Positions 1 to 10,407 of a stretch of 64,000 nt of DNA are shown here, piece by piece. The first letter of the stretch is position 1. The number at the start of each line of letters is the position of its first letter. The stretch is taken from assembly GCA_977020255.1 (NCBI GenBank), contig CDROCS010000666.1, positions 62,001 through 126,000 on the forward strand, given 5' to 3'. The notes under the pieces were generated by a model that worked only from the letters and a program-made list of their open reading frames with translations, was not told the DNA's origin and did no database searches. Source of the DNA: Obrimoposthia wandeli (lineage: Eukaryota). Both the position numbers and the translations under genes were made by a program.

Positions 1-178
1 TTTTCCATGATTGAAAGGCCTTAGTCGCACTGGTAATGGCTTCAACCATTTCAGGCTCGGTTGCGCAGGGCAATTCGGCAATCACACCGTTTGTCGCGGG
101 GTTGGTCACATCCACCCACTCTTCAGCCACTGACTGACGAAACTCACCATCAATAAATAAGGGAACAGATTTAATCAT
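1..178 (-). CDS. mmsA: CoA-acylating methylmalonate-semialdehyde dehydrogenase, 5' part (runs off window)
   Basis: Manual translation from ATG at 178: MIKSVPLFIDGEFRQS..VDVTNPATNGVIAELPCAT..AFQSWK, an aldehyde dehydrogenase N-terminus; directly downstream of the thiolase in the Liu/Ivd cluster. Confidence 0.75.
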   Translation of the reverse strand, partial: MIKSVPLFIDGEFRQSVAEEWVDVTNPATNGVIAELPCATEPEMVEAITSATKAFQSWK

Positions 179-215
179 TGCTATGTCCTTTTTAGACGAG
201 CCGTTATCACAAAAC

Positions 216-1481
216 TTATAGCGGTATTTCGATACCAATTGCTGTCGCTTCGCCCCCTCCAATACAAAGGGAAGCAACGCCCCGCATTACTTTTTTATTC
301 GACATATCTTGGCCATTCAGGTCATGTTCGGTATCTAATGCTTGGATCTGCCTCAGGCTATGAATAAGCGTAACCAGAATACGTGCACCACTGGCACCGA
401 TAGGATGCCCAAGTGCACACGCCCCCCCTTTAACATTGACTTTGTTGATATCCAGCCCTAATTGCCGCACCGCGATTTGTGTCACCACAGCGAAAGCTTC
501 ATTGATTTCCCATAAATCAACTTCATCGATGGACCAATCTAACTCAGATAACAACTGTTCAATGGCGTAAACAGGTGCAAGCGTGAATTCTGCAGGTTTG
601 CGAGCATGTGTGCTATGCCCTCTAATAATGGCAAGAGGCTCTAGACCTTGTTGTTGTGCAAGTTCAGCATCCATAACCACTAATGCAGCAGCACCATCGG
701 AAATCGAACTTGAATTTGCAGCCGTCACTGAGCCATGCATGGCAAATACAGGGCTAAGCTTGGGGATCTTTTTGAGGTCTATTTCGCGAGGGTGTTCATC
801 ATAATTGAGTGTATTACTGTTTGATGTATCACTGCCTTTTTTGGGTGTTTTTGTACCTTTACTTGGTAACGAAATTGGCACTAATTCATCGGTAAATAGC
901 TGTTGTGCTTGCGCATCTAAAGCACGCTGAACCGACATAGTGGCCCATTTATCCATCTGCTCTCTGGTGTAATTTAATCGGTCGGCAATATGCTGAGCAT
1001 ATACCCCCATTAGGTCGCCTTCATACGCATCTTGCAAGCCATCTAAGAACATATGGTCATACGTTGTTTTATGACCCATCCGCATACCATTTCGTGAATC
1101 TTTCAGAAGATACGGCGCATTGGTCATGCTTTCCATTCCACCAGCAACAGCACACCTTATTGACCCCGCTTTTATTGCATCATGCGCTAACATGACAGAT
1201 TTCATACCTGAACCGCAGACTTTATTAATCGTCGTACAGCCAACAGAATATGGTAATCCTGCCCCTAAAGCCGCTTGGCGAGCAGGTGCTTGACCGCAAC
1301 CCGCAGGCAATACACAGCCCATAAACACTTCGTTGATACAATCAGATGAAATAGACACCATATCGAGTGCAGCCTTAATGGCAAACTGCCCTAATTGAGG
1401 AGCAGAAAACGCTTTAAGCTTGCCTTGAAAGCTACCTAACGGTGTACGTTTTGCAGATACAATCCAAATGGTTTTTTCCAT
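216..1481 (-). CDS. Acetyl-CoA C-acyltransferase (thiolase II)
   Basis: KVCGSGMK, NEAFA, GHPIGASG and CIGGG thiolase motifs. Confidence 0.95.
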   Translation of the reverse strand: MEKTIWIVSAKRTPLGSFQGKLKAFSAPQLGQFAIKAALDMVSISSDCINEVFMGCVLPAGCGQAPARQAALGAGLPYSVGCTTINKVCGSGMKSVMLAHDAIKAGSIRCAVAGGMESMTNAPYLLKDSRNGMRMGHKTTYDHMFLDGLQDAYEGDLMGVYAQHIADRLNYTREQMDKWATMSVQRALDAQAQQLFTDELVPISLPSKGTKTPKKGSDTSNSNTLNYDEHPREIDLKKIPKLSPVFAMHGSVTAANSSSISDGAAALVVMDAELAQQQGLEPLAIIRGHSTHARKPAEFTLAPVYAIEQLLSELDWSIDEVDLWEINEAFAVVTQIAVRQLGLDINKVNVKGGACALGHPIGASGARILVTLIHSLRQIQALDTEHDLNGQDMSNKKVMRGVASLCIGGGEATAIGIEIPL

Positions 1482-1606
1482 TACTCCGTCCTCGTTGACG
1501 ACAGCAATTGATCACAGCCTTTCGAATTTACGCTTCAGAATGAGCTTATCTTAGTAAGCACTCTCACGAATTAAACGAAGCTTACTATTTTTCGTACTGT
1601 GATTTC

Positions 1607-1651
1607 TTGACGTTTACGTAAGCATAGCACTAACATTTACGTAAACGTCAA
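1607..1651. promoter_or_regulatory. Two LiuR boxes in inverted orientation
   Basis: TTGACGTTTACGTAAG (1607-1622) and TTTACGTAAACGTCAA (1636-1651) match the TTTACGTwwACGTAAA-type LiuR palindrome; they lie between the divergent thiolase and liuR genes. Confidence 0.8.
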
Positions 1652-1722
1652 CAAACAAATTGGCAGCTTTATTTTATCATTACAGCTTTCCTCGTCGCCA
1701 AGCAGTTGGAGGACATAATCAG

Positions 1723-2100
1723 GTGGAAATATTCAAAATTAGCGAGCTCGCTAAAGAGTTTGATATCACGACAAGAAGCATTCGTTTTTATGAAGATATG
1801 GGGCTTATTCACCCTAATCGACAAGGTAATACTCGGGTTTATCAACATCGAGATAAGGTACGACTGAAATTGATTCTACGAGGAAAACGGCTCGGTTTTT
1901 CTCTGTCTGAAATTAAAGAATTGTTTGCGCTATACGATACCAACCAAAGTGACAATCAGCTCAATCAAATGCTCACTATTATTGACGACAAACAAGTCAC
2001 GTTACAGCGCCAACTTAACGATATTGATATTGTAATGAACGAACTCAATGCTGCCCGTAAACGTTGTCATCAAGCGCTTAATCGTTCAAAACCAAGCTAA
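1723..2100 (+). CDS. liuR: MerR-family regulator LiuR
   Basis: [21 protein letters not shown] MerR HTH; GTG at 1723 with a GGAGGA RBS; heads the liu operon. Confidence 0.9.
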   Translation: MEIFKISELAKEFDITTRSIRFYEDMGLIHPNRQGNTRVYQHRDKVRLKLILRGKRLGFSLSEIKELFALYDTNQSDNQLNQMLTIIDDKQVTLQRQLNDIDIVMNELNAARKRCHQALNRSKPS

Positions 2101-2149
2101 AAATAGCTTATATAACAACCGAAGTTTACAACGCGACTTAGGAGATGTT

Positions 2150-3319
2150 ATGAAAATTGCGTATACACCGCTTAACTTCAACCTTGGCGAAACCATCAAT
2201 ATGCTGCGAGAACAAGTCAATGGTTTTGCCGCAGAACATATTGCTCCTATTGCGGCAGATATTGATAAAGATAATCAGTTTCCTAATCATCTATGGTCAC
2301 TCTTCGGGCAAATGGGGTTATTAGGTGTAACCGTTAGTGAGGAATATGGTGGTGCGGATATGGGGTATTTGGCGCATGTTATTGCGATGGAAGAAATAAG
2401 CCGAGCATCAGCCTCTGTCGCACTGAGTTATGGCGCGCATTCTAACCTTTGTGTTAACCAAATATTCCGCAATGGTACGCAGGCTCAACGTGATAAATAC
2501 CTGCCTAAACTCATTGATGGTACTCACATTGGTGCGCTTGCAATGAGTGAACCCAATGCGGGTTCTGACGTCATCAGTATGCAGTTAAAAGCGGAATTAA
2601 AAGGTGACCATTACATTCTAAACGGCACTAAAATGTGGATCACCAATGGCCCTGATGCTCATACCATCGTCGTTTACGCAAAAACAGATCCTAGCGCAAA
2701 ATCTCATGGTATTACCGCTTTCATTATCGAGCGCGATTTTGAAGGGTTCAGCCATGCTCAAAAGCTCGATAAGCTGGGAATGCGCGGTTCTAACACTTGT
2801 GAATTAGTGTTCGATAACTGCCGAGTACCGCAAGAAAATGTTTTAGGTAAAGTTAACCACGGTGTCGAGATTCTGATGAGTGGCTTGGATTATGAGCGCG
2901 TCGTACTTGCCGCTGGTCCATTAGGCATTATGCAAGCCTGCCTCGATCTTGTTGTCCCTTATGTACATGACCGCAAACAGTTTGGACGTTCTATTGGCGA
3001 ATTCCAATTGGTTCAAGCCAAAGTCGCTGATATGTATACCCGCATGAATGCCGCTCGCGCTTACGTTTATACCGTCGCAGCTGCTTGTGATCGAGGCGAA
3101 GGCACACGAAAAGATGCCGCTGGCGTCATTTTATACAGTGCCGAACTGGCAACACAACTCGCACTAGACACCATTCAACTGCTCGGTGGTAATGGTTATA
3201 TCAATGAATTTCCGGCGGGGCGATTATTACGTGATGCCAAACTGTACGAAATAGGCGCTGGCACCTCTGAAATCAGACGCATGCTGATTGGTCGAGAGTT
3301 ATTTGAAGAATCTCGCTAA
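2150..3319 (+). CDS. liuA: Isovaleryl-CoA dehydrogenase
   Basis: [20 protein letters not shown] and [13 protein letters not shown] acyl-CoA dehydrogenase motifs; ATG at 2150 with an AGGAG RBS. Confidence 0.95.
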   Translation: MKIAYTPLNFNLGETINMLREQVNGFAAEHIAPIAADIDKDNQFPNHLWSLFGQMGLLGVTVSEEYGGADMGYLAHVIAMEEISRASASVALSYGAHSNLCVNQIFRNGTQAQRDKYLPKLIDGTHIGALAMSEPNAGSDVISMQLKAELKGDHYILNGTKMWITNGPDAHTIVVYAKTDPSAKSHGITAFIIERDFEGFSHAQKLDKLGMRGSNTCELVFDNCRVPQENVLGKVNHGVEILMSGLDYERVVLAAGPLGIMQACLDLVVPYVHDRKQFGRSIGEFQLVQAKVADMYTRMNAARAYVYTVAAACDRGEGTRKDAAGVILYSAELATQLALDTIQLLGGNGYINEFPAGRLLRDAKLYEIGAGTSEIRRMLIGRELFEESR

Positions 3320-3388
3320 AGACGTTTCCAATTCAAGGGGCTCTGTTTAAGACCCCTAGTAATGCTGTGCATTTAAAAAGGACGACAC

Positions 3389-4993
3389 ATGGCAGTTCTT
3401 CAAACTAAAGCTAAACCGAACGATCCGCATTTTCTCGCCAATCAACAAATAATGGTTGAGTTAATCGATAATCTTCAATCAAACCTTCACATTATCAAAC
3501 AAGGTGGTGGTCAGGCTGCGATTGATCGTCAACGAAAAAAAGGCAAGCTTTCTGTCCGAGAGCGCGTTACGTCACTCTTAGACAAAGGGACACATTTTCT
3601 CGAGATTGGGCAATTTGCAGCATGGCGTGTGTATGATGAACCCGTTCCCTGTGCAGGTGTTGTCGCTGGTATTGGTAAAATTGAAGGTATCGAATGCATG
3701 GTGATTGCCAACGATCCTTCAGTAAAAGGCGGTACTTATTATCCATTGACCGTCAAAAAACACCTTCGAGCACAAGAAATTGCCGAACGTTGTCATTTAC
3801 CCTGCGTATACCTTGTCGATTCTGGTGGTGCAAACCTTCCCCACCAAGCTGAAGTCTTTCCTGATAAAGATCATTTCGGACGTATTTTTTACAATCAAGC
3901 CCGAATGTCTGCCAAAGGAATTCCTCAAATTGCGGTTGTTTTAGGTCTATGTACCGCAGGGGGCGCATATGTTCCAGCAATGGCTGATGTCTCTATAATC
4001 GTAAAAGAACAAGGAACCATTTTCCTTGCCGGGCCACCTCTCGTCAAAGCAGCTACTGGTGAAATCGTGACCGCAGAGGAGCTAGGAGGCGCAGATGTAC
4101 ATTGTAAAAAATCAGGCGTTGCCGATTATTATGCCAATAATGAAATACATGCACTAAATCTTGCTAGGCAAGCTATTGCAAGTGCGAATCAAGTACCCAG
4201 CGTAGCACCACAAAAAACCATCCTACCGCCACGTTATAACGCTGAAGAAATTTACGGCATCGTTAACGCCAACTTACGGTACTTGTTCGATGTGCGAGAA
4301 GTTATTGCACGCGTCGTCGACGATTCCGATTTTGATGAATTTAAAGCTTTTTATGGCACAACGCTTATTTGTGGATTCGCCCATTTATACGGTCATCCCA
4401 TTGGCATTGTCGCCAATAACGGCATTCTTTTTTCAGAATCAGCCCAAAAAGGGGCACATTTTATTGAGCTTTGTGCCAAACGAAAAATTCCCTTGCTGTT
4501 TTTACAAAATATTACTGGGTTTATGGTCGGTAAAAAATATGAAGCAGAAGGGATAGCCAAACATGGTGCCAAGCTGGTGATGGCAGTTGCGTGTGCTGAT
4601 GTGCCTAAATTTACCGTGATTGTTGGTGGCTCTTATGGTGCAGGTAATTATGGTATGTGCGGGCGAGCCTATAACCCAACGATGATGTGGATGTGGCCGA
4701 ATGCCAGAATATCCGTCATGGGCGGGGAACAAGCAGCTGGTGTTATGGCACAAGTTAAGCGTGATGCAAAAAATAGACAAGGCGAGCAATGGTCGGCAGA
4801 AGAAGAAGAAAACTTCAAACAGCCAATCATTGAATTATATGAAAACCAAGGGCACCCCTATTATGCCAGCGCACGGTTATGGGATGACGGCATTATCGAT
4901 CCTAAAGACACAAGAGATGTCGTCGGGCAAGCGCTTATTGCGGCATTACGTGCTCCTATTCCTGACAGTCAGTTTGGCATTTTTCGAATGTAA
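3389..4993 (+). CDS. liuB: 3-methylcrotonoyl-CoA carboxylase beta (carboxyltransferase) subunit
   Basis: [18 protein letters not shown] and [10 protein letters not shown] carboxyltransferase motifs. Confidence 0.95.
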   Translation: MAVLQTKAKPNDPHFLANQQIMVELIDNLQSNLHIIKQGGGQAAIDRQRKKGKLSVRERVTSLLDKGTHFLEIGQFAAWRVYDEPVPCAGVVAGIGKIEGIECMVIANDPSVKGGTYYPLTVKKHLRAQEIAERCHLPCVYLVDSGGANLPHQAEVFPDKDHFGRIFYNQARMSAKGIPQIAVVLGLCTAGGAYVPAMADVSIIVKEQGTIFLAGPPLVKAATGEIVTAEELGGADVHCKKSGVADYYANNEIHALNLARQAIASANQVPSVAPQKTILPPRYNAEEIYGIVNANLRYLFDVREVIARVVDDSDFDEFKAFYGTTLICGFAHLYGHPIGIVANNGILFSESAQKGAHFIELCAKRKIPLLFLQNITGFMVGKKYEAEGIAKHGAKLVMAVACADVPKFTVIVGGSYGAGNYGMCGRAYNPTMMWMWPNARISVMGGEQAAGVMAQVKRDAKNRQGEQWSAEEEENFKQPIIELYENQGHPYYASARLWDDGIIDPKDTRDVVGQALIAALRAPIPDSQFGIFRM

Positions 4994-5052
4994 TAACCGA
5001 ATGTAATAGCCATATATAGCCCTTATATAGCCCGAGTGTAGAGAGCGCAAAA

Positions 5053-5988
5053 ATGAAGAAATACCAACTGAATCGAAATAGACAAGCAGAAAGCACACAG
5101 CAAAATGATGAACAGTGCGATGCAGAATTGAGTAATACAAAATCAAGTCAGACAGAATCAACTGATGTGTTGTGTGAAATCGATGCCAACTGCATTGCGA
5201 CACTCACGCTTAATCGTGTGAGTAAAAATAATGCCTTTGATGACGCAATGATAGAAAGCCTCATTCACTACCTAGATACCCTCGCCGCTATTCCTACCAT
5301 TCGGTGCTTACTGTTACGGGCAAACGGCGCACATTTTTCAGCAGGTGCCGATCTTCATTGGATGCAATCCATGGCAGAAAAATCTGTCAAAGAAAACCAT
5401 CACGATGCCCAGCAACTCGCACATTTAATGCACACTCTTGACACTTTTCCTCATCCCACTATTGCCGTCGTACAAGGCTGTGCTTTTGGTGGAGCGTTAG
5501 GACTAATTTGCTGTTGTGATATCGCCATCGCGCAGCCCGATGCGCAATTTTGCCTGAGTGAAGTGAAGCTAGGGCTTATCCCAGCAACAATCGGCCCGTA
5601 TGTTTGCCGTGCTATCGGGGTGCGTTATGCTCGACGTTTTATGCTTACAGCCGAACGCATTGATGCAAATACTGCCCAGCATATCGGGTTAATACACCTT
5701 ATTGTAAATACAGAAGCAGAAGCAGGCGAAAACACATTAGAACAGCAAATAACGCAGCTAACACAAACCATTTTAGGTAATAGCCCCGCCGCCCTTCAAC
5801 AAGCGAAAGCCCTGTGCCATACATGTGAAAACCAACCTCTTGATAAAAAATTGATTAAATATACCAGCCATTTAATTGCCGATATTCGTGTATCAGAGCA
5901 AGGGCAAGAAGGATTAAGTGCTTTCTTTGAGAAACGCCAACCATCGTGGTGTGCTAATACCAAGGTCAGTACGAAGGAAAGAAAATGA
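5053..5988 (+). CDS. liuC: Methylglutaconyl-CoA hydratase (crotonase family)
   Basis: FSAGADL, AFGGALGL and SEVKLGLIPATI; low-complexity N-terminal extension makes the start uncertain. Confidence 0.88.
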   Translation: MKKYQLNRNRQAESTQQNDEQCDAELSNTKSSQTESTDVLCEIDANCIATLTLNRVSKNNAFDDAMIESLIHYLDTLAAIPTIRCLLLRANGAHFSAGADLHWMQSMAEKSVKENHHDAQQLAHLMHTLDTFPHPTIAVVQGCAFGGALGLICCCDIAIAQPDAQFCLSEVKLGLIPATIGPYVCRAIGVRYARRFMLTAERIDANTAQHIGLIHLIVNTEAEAGENTLEQQITQLTQTILGNSPAALQQAKALCHTCENQPLDKKLIKYTSHLIADIRVSEQGQEGLSAFFEKRQPSWCANTKVSTKERK

Positions 5989-6887
5989 ATAGTCACAATA
6001 CACTTCCTAGCGCTGTCACGATTGTTGAAATGGGGGCCAGGGATGGCTTACAAAATGAAATGATGGTTAATACAGAAGCTAAGGTTAACCTTATCAATCA
6101 ACTGTCTCTAACCGGGTTAACCCATATAGAAGCAGGATCATTTGTATCGCCAAAATGGGTGCCTCAAATGGCGGATTCAAAACACGTATTGGAAAAAATA
6201 TCACGTCAACCTAATGTTATCTATTCAGCCTTAACCCCCAACTTACAAGGCTTTGAACAAGCCGTTAAATCGGGGGCAAGTCAAGTTGCAATTTTCACAT
6301 CATCGTCCGAAAGTTTCTGTAAAAAAAATATCAATTGTTCTATCGCAGAAAGCCTTAAACGGTTTGTGCCATTAATAGAAGAAGCGAAGAAGTACAACAT
6401 ACCTGTTAGAGGGTATTTATCTTGTGTTGCAGATTGCCCTTACGATGGTGCAACAAAGCCAGAACAAGTTGCAGCTATCGCCAAAGAGTTATTCGATTTA
6501 GGCTGTTACGAAGTGTCGCTTGGTGACACTATTGGTACAGGTACACCATTGCGTATAGGTCGAATGTTAGAAGCTGTACAGCGTAATATCCTAATTAATC
6601 ATCTTGCTGTTCATTTTCATGATACTTGGGGGCAAGCACTCGCTAATATATATCAAGCGTTAACGATGGGTATAAACGTAATAGATAGCAGTGTCGCTGG
6701 ATTAGGCGGTTGCCCGTATGCCGCAGGGGCAAGTGGCAATGTTGCGACTGAAGATGTGTTGTATCTGTGTCACGGATTAGGCATTAAAACAGGCGTTAAT
6801 CTGAATGATGTCGCTAAAGCAGGCTGGATGATCAGCCATATTTTGAATAAACAGCCCTCATCAAAAGTATCACTGGCTTTACGTTAA
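5985..6887 (+). CDS. liuE: Hydroxymethylglutaryl-CoA lyase
   Basis: RDGLQNE, HFHDTWGQALAN and GLGGCPYA; ATGA overlap with liuC. Confidence 0.95.
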   Translation: MNSHNTLPSAVTIVEMGARDGLQNEMMVNTEAKVNLINQLSLTGLTHIEAGSFVSPKWVPQMADSKHVLEKISRQPNVIYSALTPNLQGFEQAVKSGASQVAIFTSSSESFCKKNINCSIAESLKRFVPLIEEAKKYNIPVRGYLSCVADCPYDGATKPEQVAAIAKELFDLGCYEVSLGDTIGTGTPLRIGRMLEAVQRNILINHLAVHFHDTWGQALANIYQALTMGINVIDSSVAGLGGCPYAAGASGNVATEDVLYLCHGLGIKTGVNLNDVAKAGWMISHILNKQPSSKVSLALR

Positions 6888-6890
6888 ATT

Positions 6891-6935
6891 GGCGATAATT
6901 ATTTATTAACAACTACCTAAAAAACAATTATCGCC
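6891..6935. terminator. Inverted repeat ending the liu operon
   Basis: GGCGATAATT (6891) ... AATTATCGCC (6926), immediately after the liuE stop. Confidence 0.5.
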
Positions 6936-6999
6936 TAAAATTACCTATCATTTTTCAACCACTTATTTGTATCTATGCTCAACAAACGCAAATGTATTG

Positions 7000-7278
7000 C
7001 TAACAATCTGAGCGTAAAAAACGCTGTTCCGCTTCTAACTCATTCGCAGCAGTCCATAGCGTTTGCTCTCGACTTCTATGCCTATCTAAATGACAACCAG
7101 CACCTTCAACCTTTAACTCACTCATTGGACCTATGTATTGTTCTGCATGAGTTGAAAAAATAGTTCTAAATTCTTCCATCGTGGGAAGACGGTAATTGTC
7201 CTCTTCAAAACTGACAAAGATATCATTAACTGTCAATGATATATCCCTTTTTACACCATCAAAATCCGTACTATTCAT
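7000..7278 (-). CDS. Small hypothetical protein (~92 aa)
   Basis: ATG at 7278 (MNSTDFDGV) with upstream GAGG; globular composition. Confidence 0.55.
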   Translation of the reverse strand: MNSTDFDGVKRDISLTVNDIFVSFEEDNYRLPTMEEFRTIFSTHAEQYIGPMSELKVEGAGCHLDRHRSREQTLWTAANELEAEQRFLRSDC

Positions 7279-7615
7279 CTTATCCTCACCTAGAATAACC
7301 AGTACAAAACATCGTACATTTACGTATGGTTTTTCAGTCAGACTTAAGTGTAGTTGAATTATTATATTGCACTTTTTATCTCTAAATAAAAATATGTAAC
7401 CATTCGTATCTCTGCGTAAATGAATGCGCAACACTCTTTAATACACATAATTTAAAAGTGATTGTGTTGATGCTAAAGCTTAAACAATCATCACTTTAGA
7501 GATAAAGTGCTCATTATTAACAATAAGAACTAACCTTGCCCACAAACAGTTATAGAGAACTATAATTAAGGTTGTATGACAATAAAGTTATTTCTTTTAT
7601 GCCTGAGGTAATTAA

Positions 7616-8749
7616 ATGAACAGCAATTTTTACCTTTGGAGGCGTTACCGAAAATACTTACCTTTCGAGCACAAAAAGGACTTTCCTTTCATGTGCTTTA
7701 CCCTGCCTTTTTTTTGTTTTTATACCGCTAGTATTAAGGCTAACGAGATCACACAAAAAAATAACATCACGTCCTCTAACCAAATATTGTTAGATGAAAG
7801 TAATACCATTAAAGATGCTGACGATAACACCGTTCTCGCGTGGATGGACGATTCAGAAGATAAATTAGCAGATACCATACACGATTACAGTGAATCGCTG
7901 GATCAGTATGTAGGTAAAGAAGACGAAGAAAAAGCAATAATGAACCGTAGCTATTTACGCATTAAGTTTAAGCCGCGTTACTCACACCGTGGTTATTCTG
8001 ATTTCGATGCTAATGTTTACCTTAAACTAGACCTTCCACATACCAAACGAAATTGGAAGCTAATTTTTGAAACTGACCCTGATGATTTTGATAGCTTAGA
8101 AAGTAAGCAACGAGGTATTTCTAGTGAGAATGATAGCAGCGGATCTGCTGTTGGTGGCGTTAGGCTTCAAGATAGAATATTTGGACACTGGAAAACAAAT
8201 TTTGATCTCGGTGTAAAAGTAAGATGGCCACCGGATCCTTTTGTTAGAGTAAATGCAGATCGAGTCGATAGTTTAAACGAGCGCTGGACAAGTCGTATCA
8301 AACAAGAGTTTTTTTTCTATCATGAAAAAGGACCTGGGGCGGTAACATTCTTCGATTTTTACCGAGCGATGAATGAAGATAAAACACAAATATTTAAGGC
8401 AAGCACAAGTGGGCAGTATCTTGATCAAGATAATAACTGGGAGTTAGTACAAACGTTCGAATACTTTGACCGCCTAAGTGATAACCATCTTATGGAATAT
8501 GCGACAGGGATAAGTGCAGATACACGTGAAGAAGATGAACTATCTAACTATTGGGTATCTGCAGCATGGACACAAAAGCTCTATAAAGATTGGATTTATT
8601 TAACCATAGAGCCTGAAATCGAATTCCCGAAAGAATATGATTATCATATCAATCCCGGCATTATGTTACAGCTTGAGCTTTTCTTTATTAAGAATGGTAA
8701 TTACGACCGACTGAATCGATACATTCCCCTACCGTATAGATATGATTAA
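7616..8749 (+). CDS. Putative outer-membrane beta-barrel protein, function unknown
   Basis: Possible signal peptide near FTLPFFCFYTASIKA; alternating aromatic/hydrophobic strand pattern. Confidence 0.55.
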   Translation: MNSNFYLWRRYRKYLPFEHKKDFPFMCFTLPFFCFYTASIKANEITQKNNITSSNQILLDESNTIKDADDNTVLAWMDDSEDKLADTIHDYSESLDQYVGKEDEEKAIMNRSYLRIKFKPRYSHRGYSDFDANVYLKLDLPHTKRNWKLIFETDPDDFDSLESKQRGISSENDSSGSAVGGVRLQDRIFGHWKTNFDLGVKVRWPPDPFVRVNADRVDSLNERWTSRIKQEFFFYHEKGPGAVTFFDFYRAMNEDKTQIFKASTSGQYLDQDNNWELVQTFEYFDRLSDNHLMEYATGISADTREEDELSNYWVSAAWTQKLYKDWIYLTIEPEIEFPKEYDYHINPGIMLQLELFFIKNGNYDRLNRYIPLPYRYD

Positions 8750-8852
8750 TGCTATAACTCAATACCAAGGTGACCTCAAAGTGTCAAATTCAGATTAATT
8801 TCTGCGAGAACCTTTAGGTAAATTGGGTATAAAAATAAACATTTAGATACGT

Positions 8853-10097
8853 TTAATTAAATGGAATACCAATACCTAAAGTAAAGGTATAAGCATCTAA
8901 ATCATCTAATCCAATCAAAGTACTAGCCTCTGCAAAACCATGCCACCCATTATTAAATACACTGGATAAACCAAGATGTGCACGACCATATAATTGGTCA
9001 TCAGAGTTTATAATAATAGGCAAAATCATACCTGAGTTATCCGCTTTCAACTGACTAATTACTTTTTCTGAATTTGAATCAAAATCATAATGAACGTAAG
9101 AGCGTAAATATGGCTGAAATATACCTAAGCTCGATCGAAAAGAATGCGAAAAACTTGCCCCTGTAATCAGCATTGTTGATTCTAAATTATCGACATCATC
9201 CACTTTAGAAATCAAATAATTAGAATTCCCTCTTGATGGTCTTTCTGCATATCGGTCACTATCCGATAATGTATGTTGAATGGTACTTTCTAAGGCTATA
9301 TTCCAATATCCTTGGCTTATAACATAACCACCACCAAACGAAAAAACCCAAATGTCAGAATCCGCATCATCAGAGTTTGTTATAACATTATCGCTATAGT
9401 GACTAATTTTTCTTTCAATATCAGTATCAACAAGTGCATAACTGGCTGTAAAGTCCAGATACCATTGATCTTGAAAGTAACTGAAGTAACCTGATGCGAC
9501 TAAACCATCAATTTCACTCTCAGAGTTTTCAAGGCCAGTATCATAAAAGGGTAAACCCAGTGCCACGCCAAATAAGTACTTATCATTAAGTAAGTAATCA
9601 CCCCCTAATGTAACAGAGTAACCTTCTCTTTCTGGGGTACTTTCAAGCGTCAATGTTTGTTGCTCTACACTATTTTGGTCTTGATCAAAACGGACATAAG
9701 CACCTAAACGTGAAGAGTTTTCAGTTCCTAAAAAACCATCTTGATAAAATGTTAACTCTGTTAATTGGGGGTTTACACTTTGAGATTTTGAACGATTTTT
9801 AGCACCATTTCTAACACTATTTGCTCGTTCCGTAAGATCAGCGGTATTTAAATTGTTTTGTTGTAATATCTTATTTTTATTGATATTTGAAGAACGACTA
9901 CCAACACCTTTATGAGTGAATTTATCGCCTCTAAAATCTGCACCTACATCCATAATTGTTGTGATAACAGCATAAACATCTTCTTTTACGCTTGTTGAAT
10001 TATCACTATTATCTTCTGCTGCAAAAGCAAGAAAAGGTAATGTAAGCATAATAGGTAAAGTTCTAGCAATTACGATAGGTAATATTTCATATCGCAT
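8853..10097 (-). CDS. Autotransporter beta-domain protein with very short passenger
   Basis: Signal peptide (LAFA-AED); GYSVTLGGDY..YLFGVALG, FQPYLR and terminal FTLGIGIPF strand typical of autotransporter barrels. Confidence 0.7.
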   Translation of the reverse strand: MRYEILPIVIARTLPIMLTLPFLAFAAEDNSDNSTSVKEDVYAVITTIMDVGADFRGDKFTHKGVGSRSSNINKNKILQQNNLNTADLTERANSVRNGAKNRSKSQSVNPQLTELTFYQDGFLGTENSSRLGAYVRFDQDQNSVEQQTLTLESTPEREGYSVTLGGDYLLNDKYLFGVALGLPFYDTGLENSESEIDGLVASGYFSYFQDQWYLDFTASYALVDTDIERKISHYSDNVITNSDDADSDIWVFSFGGGYVISQGYWNIALESTIQHTLSDSDRYAERPSRGNSNYLISKVDDVDNLESTMLITGASFSHSFRSSLGIFQPYLRSYVHYDFDSNSEKVISQLKADNSGMILPIIINSDDQLYGRAHLGLSSVFNNGWHGFAEASTLIGLDDLDAYTFTLGIGIPFN

Positions 10098-10407
10098 GTG
10101 ACCCCCTAAATTAAATACACTCACGCTTTATATTATTATTCAGTGTTCGCGTGAAACTTCACCATTTAATAATAGAGAAACGAGACAATCTCGGGTGTCG
10201 CAAAAACAAACATTTCAATAAATAAACAAGATAATACACACAAAAAAAATGGATGAAAATAAACAGGATTAATATTAATAACTTAGACGCACAACAATGA
10301 ATGATTCAATAACATTCATTGATGAAAAATAGACTTTTTTTGTCTATAAAAACTTTATAATCAAGGTGCTAATTTCAGCAAGAGTTTGTTGGGCTCTTGT
10401 ATGGTCG

